Assembly: GCA_951406725.2 (NCBI GenBank)
Contig: OX597833.1
Span: 24,180,001 to 24,244,000, forward strand
Length of the DNA stretch: 64,000 bases
Source: Octopus vulgaris
Taxonomy: Eukaryota
Direction: 5' to 3'
Part shown: piece after piece, positions 1-12,539 of the stretch
How the letters are laid out: each line of letters begins with the position of its first letter
Position numbering within the stretch: the first letter of the stretch is position 1
The notes under the pieces: generated by a model
What the model was told of the DNA's origin: nothing
Database searches by the model: none
What the model saw: the letters and a program-made list of their open reading frames with translations, nothing else
Position numbers and translations under genes: made by a program

Positions 1-321
1 GGTCATGAATGCACTTACAGTTACCCTCTGAGACACAAGTCTGGGCAAGGTTGTTTATGGAAGACCAGTAGTTGCTCATACATACTGGCCTCCCATCTTC
101 ACGCTACCAATGTTATTCATGGGAAAGGCAAAGGTTAATACAGCTTGGCACCAGTGACATTGTAACTCGTTTCTACAGCTGAGCAAACTGAAGCAACGTG
201 AAATAAAGTGCCTTGCTCAAGAGCACAACACACAGCCCTGTCCTGGAATCAAACTACCTCATAATTGTGAGCCTGATGGTCTAACCACTGAGCCATATGC
301 CTTCGTGTGTGTGTGTGTGTG

Positions 322-378
<57 letters not shown>

Positions 379-2168
379 ATGTAAATATATGTGCATATAA
401 ATATGTTTGAGTGTATGTAGCGTGTGTGTGTCTCCTGCTCTTGACATTGTGAAATAGTTGAAAATGAGTGTCACCGACATGCAAGTAGATGTTTCTCATT
501 TTCAACTTTCATTAGAAACATATTTGGCCATAGAGAACAAAATACCTTGCCTGGAAACAGGTGAGGATTGGCGTAAGGAATAGCATCCGACTCTCTCAAT
601 AGAATCCATCTGTGTTGCGCAGACATAGAAAAGTGGACATCAAAAAGATGATAGTGGAGGCACATGGCCTCAAAGTTAGAGCAGCAGACTTACAGTTGAG
701 GGATCGCAGGTTTGAATCTCAAACCAGGTGATGTGTGTATTTATGAGTGAAACATGTAAACACCATGCAGCTCCAGCTGAAGGTAATGGCAAACTTCTGC
801 TGACTCTTTCGCCACAACTTTCTCTCACTCTTTCCCCCTGCATCTAGCATCTCACTTGTGACAAATCGATATCCCATCCAGGTGGGGAATCTATATGCCA
901 ATGAAATCGGGAAACCGGCCCTTATGAACCAGGTATGGCTCAAAAAGGAACAAACAACAACAAAAGGATGATAATGATGATTTATATCAACTTAAATAGT
1001 TCTGATAGTCATATAATACAGTGTTAACATCTTTAGTTTCACATTCAAGGGTTTTCAAGCTGTTACTCAATAACAGATTGATTTGACCTGTTATGTACAA
1101 TAGCATGTCCATAAGTTTTTTTAAATGTGTTTATCACTTTAAACAAATCATAAGAAATCATCATTCAATATTTAATATTGATTTAGAGAATCTTTATATT
1201 TCGTTATGCATTCTAGTTCTAATTCACGTGACTTGGTAATGTGATATCTGGACTTAAGGTGGTGAGTTGGCAAAATAGTTACCTTACTGGGAAAAATGCT
1301 TAGCAGCATTTCTTTCGACCTAACGTTTTGAGTGCATATACTCCGGAGTCACCCTTACTTTTCATCCTTTTGAGGTTGATGAAATAAATACCAGTTGAGC
1401 ACTTGTGTCAATGTAATTGACTTACTCTTTTCCCCAAATCGCTGGCCTTGCGCCAAAATTTGAAACCAATATGATATCTGGGCTTTTAATCTTGATGTTA
1501 TTATTCACTAATAATATATGTAACATTTTTACTATCTGAGGATGAATGTAAAATACACATCCCAGAATGGCATCAAAGTAGCAATCAAAGAAAAACCTTC
1601 CTCTTACACCTTCATAAAACAAAAGCAGCTAAACAAAAGCTATAAAGAAACCACTTAAGGTATTGTGATTAATATTAACACTAAGTTGCGATCTGTTACA
1701 TGAACCAACATTTATTGTTCCATCGCTGACACTAATGCCATAATATATTAGCATACGTATGAATGACAATATTAGAGGTGTTTTATCTTAGCTATATATG
1801 TCTTGCAAACAACTTGCACATGCTACCAGTTAAAAGCTCCGTATACCGGAAGCTAGCAAGTGTATGGGGTCATCAGGAGAGAATGCGTGCCGTTTCGGGG
1901 CCTACCTCTCGACGGCATCAATGCTCACTGATATGAGGCCCCGCTTGCTAGATCAGCTGGTTATGAAGAACTCAATATACTTCTAGCCATCACTCATCGT
2001 CTCTTTTTAGCCAAATCTAGTGGCTAGCCTTCACCACTGTAGATTGGATATCAGTCATGGTGGTATTGACTTTACAATGAGTTAGGCCTAGCGATAACAA
2101 CAGTCGTCTCACGCTGTGTCCAATAAACCCACTACATCTGACTTCAATATATATATATATATATAAGC

Positions 2169-2945
2169 AATAATAAATTTCTGAACGAGATGTAAACAGG
2201 AACTCCATGACAATGTAAGGTATACTAGCCATCTCAATATGATTAACCACTAAGGGTGGGTGTTAGTGTAGCTTGTAGCCCCAGGAGATCATCGTCTCCA
2301 GCTGGCTTTAGGCATACACTTTCCGTGCCCTTATGGTATTTGCAAAGGGAGGTCATCTTTGCAAATACCATAAGGGCACAGAAAGTGTGCCTAAAGCCAG
2401 CTGGAGACGATGATCTCCTGGGGCTACAAGCTACAGTAACACCCACCCTTATTGGTTAGCCATATTGAGATGGCAAGTATACCTTATATATATACATACA
2501 TATATACATATATATACATACATATATATATATATATATATAAATATATAGGTGTAGGAGGTGTAGGAGGCGTATAGGTGTAGGGGTGGCTGTGTGGTAA
2601 GTAGCTTGCTTACCAACCACATAGTCCCGGGTTCAGTCCCACTGCATGGCACCTTGGGCAAGTGTCTTCTACTATAGCCTCGGGCCGACATATATATGTA
2701 TATATATATGTATGTATGTGTGTGTATATGTTTGTGTTTGTGTTTGTCGCCCTAGCATTGCTTGACAACCGATGCTGGTGTGTTTATGTCCCCGTTACTT
2801 AGTGGTTCGGCAAAAGAAACCGATAGAATAAGTACTGGGCTTACAAAAGAATAAGTCCCAGGGTCGAGTTGCTTGATTAAAGGCGGTGATCCAGCATGGC
2901 TGCAGTCAAATGACTGAAACAAGTAAAAGAATAAAAGAATAAAAA

Positions 2946-3037
<92 letters not shown>

Positions 3038-3355
3038 GTATGTATATATACATATATATTGCATACAGGTCTTCCTTTTCATCGTAAACCGGTGATTACC
3101 GCCCGTTGACAAGAGGCAACTACCTCGAAACTGCAGTCCGTGCATATCCCTTAGGCTTACGAGAGAGGGATGACCTCCCTTTGCAAATACCATAAGGGCA
3201 CAGATAGTGTGCCTAAAGCCAGCTGGAGACGATGATCTCTTGGGGCTAAAAGCTACAGTAACACCCACCCTTTGTGGTTAGCCATATTGAGATGGCTATT
3301 ATACTTTACATTGTCGAGCAGTTACTGTTTACATCTCGTTCAGAGATTTATTATT
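2169..3355. mobile_element. Fold-back Penelope-like terminus composite (hairpin 2216..2486 plus inverted copy 3166..3355), interrupted by a SINE and (TA)n
   Basis: ~130-bp near-perfect arms 2216..2347 / 2357..2486; 2169..2357 is inverted at 3166..3355; hammerhead at 3101; flanked by (TA)n. Confidence 0.7.
3101..3143 (+). ncRNA. Decayed hammerhead, same family as 34761..34830
   Basis: GCCCG-UUGACAA-GAGG(CAACUA)CCUC-GAAA-CUGCAG-UC-CGUGC; two core substitutions. Confidence 0.7.
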
Positions 3356-3359
3356 AAAT

Positions 3360-3720
<361 letters not shown>

Positions 3721-4565
3721 TGTGAGGTAGTGAGTTTGATTCCCAGACTGGGCTCTGAGTTGAGTTCTTGAGTGCAAGACACTTTATTTCACGTTGCTCC
3801 AGTTACCTCAGCTGTAGAAATGAATTGCAACATCACATGTGCCAAGCTGTATCAGCCTTTACCTTTCCCTTGGATAACATCAATGGGCAACTGCTAATCT
3901 TCCATAAACAAAATTGCTTAACTTGAGACTCAGAAGGTAACTTTCTAGGTGCAATCCCATGGTCATTCATCCCTCTGTCATACCCTCACCTCTCATCACC
4001 AGGCACAAGGCCACCTCTTCTGATGACCTTCGCCCCTTTTTAAAGGACCTTTGTCTTGCAAGTTACTTGGTGACCTCGTCAGTGCTAGTGCCATGTAAAA
4101 AGCATCCACTCCACACTGCAAAGTGGTTGGCGTTTGAAAGGACATCTAACTGTAAAAACCATAGCAAAACAGACCTTATCAGTGCTGGTGCTATGTAAAA
4201 AGCATTCAGTCCACTCTGTAGGGTATTAGGAAGGGTCTCCAGCTGTAAAACCCATGCCAAAACAGACAGTGAAACCTGGTACAGTCTTCTGCCTAGCCAG
4301 CTCCTATCAAATCCTCCAACCCATACCAGTTTGGGAAATGGCTGTTAAATGATGATGATGATGATGACTATGATGATATATATATATATATGTGCACACA
4401 TGTATGAATGTATGTCTATATATATGCATGCACATATGTGTATAGATCAGATGTGTAAATGGTGAAAGATCCTGCTCAGACTGAATGTGATGTGGGGATG
4501 AAACAGCTTCATAGATAGAGTCATAAAAGTTGAGACAATCTTGGGAAAACTAGACAGAAGACTGT

Positions 4566-4957
4566 ATCAAGTTGGCAACTAAGTTCCCACTGTTTTTTTA
4601 ATGCCAATATGACTGAGGAAGCCATTCAGATGCATGGCTGGGAAGTGCTGCCACACCCGCCGTACTCTCCTGATTTGGCACCAATGGATTTCCACCTCCT
4701 TCAATCTCTTTCAATTGCTATGCACGGAGTTTCGTTCAATACTGATGCAGAATTGAGAGCTTGGTTGGATCAAATTTTCGAGTCAAAATTGGGTGATTTC
4801 TACCAACAAGGTATTGAAAATCTTGTTGAACATTGGGAAGAAGTTGTAAACAACAAGGGTAAATACATTATTGATTAATTAGTTGTTATTTTTTATTAAA
4901 CCTTTTAAAAAATTTTGATTTAAAAAAAATGGCAGGAACTTAGTTGCCAACCTAATA
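4566..4957 (+). mobile_element. Internally deleted mariner element
   Basis: TIRs gttggcaactaagttcc / ggaacttagttgccaac; ORF 4609..4878 has WEVLPHPPYSPDLAPMDFHL. Confidence 0.9.
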
Positions 4958-4999
4958 GAAGAGGATCTAGATGCCAATTATACTTAACTCAGGGAGAAA

Positions 5000-5950
5000 C
5001 AGGAAGGAAGATTTTTATCCATATTCTACGATGTGAATACTAGAAGCATGAGGTGTTCCAGATTGCAAGGATTCTATCAGAGAGAACCAAAAAATCATTT
5101 GGTAGATGTGTATCCAGACTCACGTCTTATGGAATGAAGGATACATGGAAATGCTAGTATAGGAGGTTGTTGAATAAGAAAAATGTAAGAGAAAGAGAGG
5201 GCCTGCCACATCTAGCAGAAGAATCACTGATTCAAGTTGACACGAGACAATTAATGATATGAAGGTAGGGAAAACTGCTGGTCCATCAGGAATAGTTGAT
5301 AAGATATTTTAAAATATTTAACGAAGGTGGGTACTGGCATGTACTGATGAATTAATCAGTTAATAACAGAAACGTGTTATACCCAATGATTGGTGTCACA
5401 GTATCATTACCACAAGGGCAAAGATGTATTAGAGGAAGGAAACTAAAAAGGATGCAAACTCTTGGAGAAGTAGAGGTACTTGTTTCGTGGTAGATGTGGG
5501 TTGGAAGAAGTTTGGAGAGTTTTTACCTCTGCTGACAACAAAAGTTTTCTCCTTCAGCATGAAGGATAGACTGCATGGTACTTCTGTGATACTGCATGGT
5601 TGTAAAGCAGAGGCCTTGAATGTAGAAGACTTGTGAAGGCTAGAAAGTAGTGAAGCAAGCATGCTACACCGGATGTGTAATATTAGTATACATAAATATA
5701 AATATCAGAGTGCAAATGAGCTGAGAGAAAGGTCTGGGTATGAGAGGATTCAGATATTTATGTGCAAGCAAGAAAGAGAAACTTTTGCTGTCATGGATAT
5801 GTGACACATGTGTTGAATGACTGCTGCATAAACAGCGAAGATGCTGCATCTCAAAGAGGAGATGATACAGGACAATTCTGATTGGCATTGAAGATTGTGG
5901 AGAAGATCTGACCATCCCTGCATGCAAGGCAAAAAGACGTTAAAACGAGG
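5000..5950 (+). mobile_element. Highly decayed RTE-like LINE fragments
   Basis: Fragments such as GPSGIV and RLESSEASMLHRMCNISI in broken frames. Confidence 0.55.
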
Positions 5951-6076
5951 CTAGTGATGGAGAGTATGGATCTATGTTTGTGTGTATGTACATATTCGTG
6001 TGTGTGTGTGTGTGTAGGGGGTGGTGGTGCGCACAAATGTATATAGATATGTATACATACACACACATACAAACAC

Positions 6077-6120
<44 letters not shown>

Positions 6121-7109
6121 CTAATCCTACAACTAGTGCCTGCTGCTGCATTCTTTGAATCCCATTCATCTGCTCAGCATCCTGTTTCTCTTTCACTCTT
6201 CTCCATCACATCACTCATCTTGCTATCATTTATATCCCTCAATCACTCATCTATCCACCAACCTATACTGCTTGTATAAACACATATGGTATGGGTGGGT
6301 GAGGGTTATCCTGTTATGTCATTTTTACTACTGTGCTCATCACTACTTCCTTCACTCATCACAACACCTAAGCACGAGAGACTGCAGCAGACCATTTTTA
6401 TTCAATAAAACACCCTTTCTGTAATTGCCAGACATCACACACACACACACACACTCTCTCTCTCTTCTATTTCCCTCCTCAGTCACATTATCTTGAGCAA
6501 ACATCCACCCTTAGGGTTGTGAGTGCTCTTAGTATAAAGGGCAATCCTGCTTGTGCAGGCACCTTGGCAAAAGGCACTACCGCATCATACATTCTAGAGT
6601 GATTAGTAAGCAAGCAAAAGGAAAGAGGTCTCTTTAGCTGTGTCTTGCTGAGGGTTTAACGGTTTAACCGTTTTAGTGCTTGTGCCATGGAAAAATGCAC
6701 CCAGTGCACACTGTAAAGTGGTTGGAAAATTAATGGGAAAAGGTGCAAAGTGAGAAAGGACTATTTAGTCTGGTGTTAGTAATATGACAACCTCTTTAGC
6801 GCTGTTGTCATGAGAAAATGCAGCCCTACATGCTATAAAGTGGTTGTTGTTAAGAAGAACAACCTGCTATAGAAACCAAGCCAAACTGGAATATATAAGA
6901 ATCAATCTATGAGAGTGGTTGCTTCCAGCAAGAACACCACACAGACTGTGAGGATCAATTCGAGTCATGTCAACATGAAAGTGGATGTAAAATGATGATA
7001 ATGATGATGATTAGGAGGATGACACTCATATATATAGGTCTTACTCATATATATATATATAGGTCTTATATATATATCTTTTATCTCTCACTTGTTTCAG
7101 TCATTTGAG

Positions 7110-7665
7110 TGGACTGTTTATCAATGCCAGATCAGAAAATCGGAAGCATTCCATATCAGATTGCTCAGATGTATTCTCGATTTCATGTGGAAGGACAAGG
7201 TGCCTCACACAGAGATCTTCCTGAGGACAGGGATCTGCAGTGCCACAGCTTGCATCCTTCATCATCTTCTCTGCTGGTTGGCCATGTAATTTGGATGCCG
7301 GGTAACTGGCTCCCAAAGATGGTCCCCTTCAGTGAGATCGAGACTGGAAGTAGACCCTCTGGATGTCCAAAACTTCAATTTCATGACCATTTCAAACTGT
7401 CTTTCATTTTATGTGGTGTCCCACTCAATTAGTTGTAGCCCCAGATTGTTAATTGGAAAGCATAGAAGTGCATGTGTGATGCTGGAGTAGAGCTGCTTGA
7501 AACTGAATGCAGGAGACTGCATGAAGAGAGGAGGAAACATCATCAACACTCTGTGGCTTTTGTTTGGGGTCACTTTCAGTGCCTTCAGTGCCACAGGATC
7601 TGTCTGCCTGGAATTGGTATTGTCAGCCACCTCCACTCCCATGAGAAACAATACGTTGGAGGTAG
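7110..7665 (+). mobile_element. RTE-clade LINE 3' remnant
   Basis: EAFHIRLLRCIL..WKDKVPHTEIF, GHVIWMP..LPK and terminal CLQCHRIC..IGIVSHLHSH zinc finger across frames. Confidence 0.85.
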
Positions 7666-8182
7666 AGAAGGACGAATGTCTTGGATTGACATTGTCATCA
7701 CATGACAGGCTGTCATGAGCAAGTAAGCATGTATATGTATGTGTGTAGGTGTGTCTATGTATGTATGTATGTATGTATGTATGTATCTATCTATCTATCT
7801 ATCTATAGGAAAAATATTACTATGTGAATTGAATAGTTTTGTGTGTATGTAGTCGTGTACACACATAAGTATGCACTCACTCATGCATGCATACACACAT
7901 ACACACACGTAAATGCATACACACACAGTCAGATAGTGACACATCAGGACATAAATGATAAAAGTAGTTGTGTCACATCTAAAAATGAACCAGCAAAACC
8001 ACATAATTTATATTTTTTTAAAAAGATATCTTCTTTTATCTGTCTTTATCATGGTTGGAATATCTGATAAAAATATCATATTCGTCATATTTTTCCCCCT
8101 ACACCTCCCAAGCAACAAACTCCCACTTCTAGAGGAATGTAAAGATGACTAGTAATATATATTTACATATACATACATACAT

Positions 8183-8277
<95 letters not shown>

Positions 8278-8531
8278 AATACAGTGTACATTTAAACACA
8301 TAAGAGGTATCCTTCATAGGATTCCTTTCACGCTAGAAGGAACAGCTGAAATCCAAACTACTATTAGGGAAAAACTCAAGGGGTATGAAAAATACACTGT
8401 AATTATATGGATAATACATAGTTTATTGACTAATTTTTCTACACGCTAGGCCACAGGTATTAAAAATTTCTAAAATTTTTATTACCCTCATATTATTAAT
8501 TATATATATATATATACTCCTTTCACAACCT

Positions 8532-8575
8532 GGGACCTTGAAGACTGCTATAATGCATGAAAGTATACTAGTCCC
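8532..8575 (+). ncRNA. Minimal hammerhead-like motif with 1-nt core insertion
   Basis: GGGAC-CUUGAAGA-CUGC(UAUAAU)GCAU-GAAA-GUAUAC-UA-GUCCC; palindromic helix III. Confidence 0.55.
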
Positions 8576-8776
8576 TTAATATTTTATATTCAACATTTCA
8601 TCTCTTCAATAAGACAATCAATACTTCATTTCATTTTGCTATATATATATTATTTATACTATATATTCTATATTCTACATTAATATTATAATGAATATAA
8701 ATAAAACATAAGAAACAGACAGACCTGGAATTTCTTTGAATAATATATATCCCTCAATACACAATCATACAAACCC

Positions 8777-8850
<74 letters not shown>

Positions 8851-9825
8851 GACAGGCTTCTTTCAGTTTCCAAATCTACTCACAAGGCTTTGGTGGGCCC
8901 AAGGCTATAGTAGAAAACATTTGGCCAAGGTGCCACGCAGAGGGACTGAACCTAGAATCATGTGGTTGGTAAGCAAGCTACTTGCCACACAACCACTCTT
9001 GCGCCTACTCTCTCTCTCTCTCTCTCTGTATATATATATATATATATATACAATTAAAAACAAAGGTGTAGTAAATAAACTTATGACTAGCTGACCAGCT
9101 GCAAATTCTATCTTTCCTTTCTCCATCCTTCAAAATATTTTCTAAGCGTAAACCACTATTCTCATCTCCTTGGCCCCAAGGTCGTATTTAGTTTGACTAT
9201 ATGTCTTTGTTCCCCGTCCTAAATCAGATTCTGTGTCGTTTTGCTTGTTTGTTTCGTTTTGTTTGCATTTGTCTCTAATTCTACGCAAGCAAAAATTTTT
9301 TGCGTGCACTGCCAATTGAGAAGCACTGAGTCTTATTGTTAAAGCTGTGAAACAGAACAGTACCATTGGTCGATAACTGATGAAAAGTTATGGGCTTTTT
9401 GTTTGTCTCCCGTTCGTTTTTACATTCAGTATACGTTATGTCGTTTGTTTATACATATTTTTCATTTATCAAATAATGGAACGCAACACACACCAAATTT
9501 ATATATATACGTATACTCACACCCACACACATACGCATATACACACACATCAACATCGTCATTATTTTATCACCCAATTTTCCTTGCTTGCAAGGAGTTT
9601 AGTGAGACAGAATTTTTTACAGCCAGATGCTCTTCCTGTTGCCAACCCTCACCTGATTCCAAATTAGATAATATTTGTTTATGGACAGACATGCCTTTTT
9701 AGAATACCCAACATAAATAACACTGCTTATGTGAAGGTGACACTCATTTCCAACCACCATACGGTATCAAGACAAGGACACACACACATACACAAATGCA
9801 TGCAGGCATAGATGCATATATATGA

Positions 9826-9865
<40 letters not shown>

Positions 9866-10141
9866 CACAAATGATCATAGGCGCACCTAAGAGGTTTCAC
9901 TCCTAGGTACCTGTCTGGGCAGAAAGTTGCCTAGGGTTGTTTTTATAGAAGACCAGCAGTCGCCAATGCATATCAGCCTCCCCTGACCGTGCCACCGATG
10001 TTATCCAAGGGAAAGGCAATGGCTGATACAGCTGAGTGAAATGGAGCAATGTGAAATAAAGTGTCTTGCAACTTGGTCTAGGAATCAAAATCACAACCTC
10101 ACGATTGCAAGCTCGATGCTCTAACCACTGAGCCATGCACC

Positions 10142-10179
<38 letters not shown>

Positions 10180-10871
10180 AATGTGTATATATATGTATAT
10201 TTAAATATGTATGTATGTATATATGTGTGTATGTGTGTGTGTGTACCTGAAGCTGATGAGTCATTCTCCATAACTAGAGTGAATCATCAACTTTGAATAA
10301 GTAAATAAAAAGTATTACAGTCAATGTGTACTTTTAATTCTATCTCGTTATGCGTGTGTGTATGTGTGTGTGTGTGTGTGGGTGTACAAATGCATGGCAT
10401 TTATATATGTCTATAGATGTGTCCTTAATTAATAAGGAATTTCATAATTAATAAGGAATTCATCTAAAGACAGCCCTGTATTAATACTGTGTTACACATT
10501 CTTGGAGAAATTTATCCAATTGATGTTTGAAATATTTAACGGGAATCATTGCTACATTTCATTTTTGTATTTGGTTTGCATGATTCTTGATGTGAATCTT
10601 GATATATTGGAAAATATTTTGTAACTTGGGAGGGTCATAATGCCAAAAATAAATACATGTACTGATTCTATTTCACTTCTTTCTTGTTATTAGTCAATTG
10701 GACTATCATTTAAGCAATCAATCGATTCTTTGATTAATCATTTGCTCAGACAATTACCTTTCATTCACAATCTCATCAATGAAATGCTGTGGTGAAAGGA
10801 CTGTCAAACCTAGCTGATTGATTGACTAACTGAATGATTAATGAAAGAAGTGATTAGTTAATTTGTTAAAT

Positions 10872-11152
10872 CAGTGGTTCCCAAAGTGGGCATTATTGCC
10901 CTCTCTTCCAGGGATGGGCCTGATGGAAAGATCCAGGCACGGTTTGAAGAAAAGTGTGGTGATAATAGAGTGGCCAAAGGGGCGGGGAGCGATGTATATG
11001 AAAGCAATAAAATAATGGAGTTAATTAGGTTTAGTTTTATTTCTGAAATACAGTTGTCCTGAATTTGCTGCTAAAAGTGGTGGTGGTGGGTACTAGGAAT
11101 GTGATCTGAGTGCCAAGGGGGTGGCAGCCTCAAAACTCTTGGGAACTAGTTG
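10872..11152. mobile_element. hAT-like MITE (second copy 14165..14426)
   Basis: cagtggttcccaa... / ...ttgggaactagttg termini typical of CAG-ended hAT MITEs. Confidence 0.55.
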
Positions 11153-11236
11153 ACAAATGAAATTAAAGAAGTGAAATATAACTAGTGGATGTGTTTATTA
11201 CTTGTATAAAGGCCCTTCCAAGATACAAAAATTCAT

Positions 11237-12539
11237 TCTGACTACATATGTAGAAAATCGGTGTGTGTTTGTTTGTGGTGTTGTTATCTAACTTCTCCTA
11301 CATAGTTTTATTGATTTTGATGAAACTGACACATGAGTAGAACTCATATCTGGAAACTTCGTGACATACTTAGATAGTTGAAAAATCGATAATACAGTCC
11401 CTGGAAGAGACCTTTATATCTGCCTCATATAATTATTTTTTTAACACCCAAGGGAAATAACTCATAGCACCTGCATAACATCTTTTTAAACACTCAAGGG
11501 AAATAACCCATTTCATTGTTTAGGTTTGATTACTTTGAATATTGATATTTTGTGTGTTCAATTTCTAATTTTTGCAGACAATATCACTTTTATACTTTAT
11601 TTAACATGTGAGTAGAACTCATGTCTGGAAACCTTGTGACATACTTAGATTGTCGAAAAATATCGATAATGGATCCTTCTATCTACTGCATATTATTTAT
11701 ATTTTATTTAAACAACCTAAGGAAAATAACCCATACCACCTGCAGTTTTTAGTGAAGTGATCAATATTTGATTCTCACGATCAGCCAATCTAATTCTGGA
11801 TTTCACTACTCACAGTTTTGAACTGCTACACATTATTATTGCACTTCCTTAATTTGAATCTTAAACATTAAAGACTTCATTCATACATTTCTATACATAC
11901 ATACTTTTTTGAATGCCCAATTTACTCTGACAATTTTGCATTTTACAGTTACACTTTTTCCATGACAGTTGATAAATTTTTTATCCCACAACGTATTTGT
12001 AGTGGCTTCATGCAGGCATAGCATGGATTCGATCCTCGATTGCCAAATTTCACTTAACACTTCAACAGTGCTTTTCTCACGGTAAAACAATTCTGTGAAT
12101 GACAGCAGTTATACATTACCCAGATGCCTTCACTAAGCAGAATGCTTTGCCACTTAACCCTTCTTACTTCTTCTAGGCCACCAGGGGCTGAAATGGAGAT
12201 AACAGACCGCCAACAAAATCATTTGCTCTCAACAATATGTCTATCCCTCTGGCTGCTTTTTGATAGTTATAAAAACAAGAACTCTGTAAGCTAAAGTCAG
12301 TTACTGAGAGTGACCATCAGTGCGTGTGAACATTATTATTGCAGTTTCTTCAAACATTTCATTCATATATTTATATACATACAATCTCTCTCTCCTCCAG
12401 CTGACGGTTTTTTGTACTTTTTCATGATGGAAAATACACCTTTTGTGACAGTTATAACGAAATTGATTTCTTATATCAGAGAAATAAGGCGTTTCAATAC
12501 AACATTTTTACCCTGGAAATTACCGGACACACCAGCTAG
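11237..12539 (+). mobile_element. Non-autonomous Helitron-like element (second copy 14508..15761)
   Basis: TC start followed by a (GTTT)n microsatellite; internal duplicated block (catgagtagaactcat..gtgacatacttagat..aagggaaataac); 3' weak GC hairpin then CTAG|T. Confidence 0.55.

Noticed and set aside
2243-2459. Near-identical overlapping ORFs on both strands
   Set aside because: Artefact of the palindromic fold-back element
10245-10295. Hammerhead candidate ctgatgagtc...gagtgaatcatc (also at 13568)
   Set aside because: GAAA is GAAU and helices I and III cannot be formed convincingly
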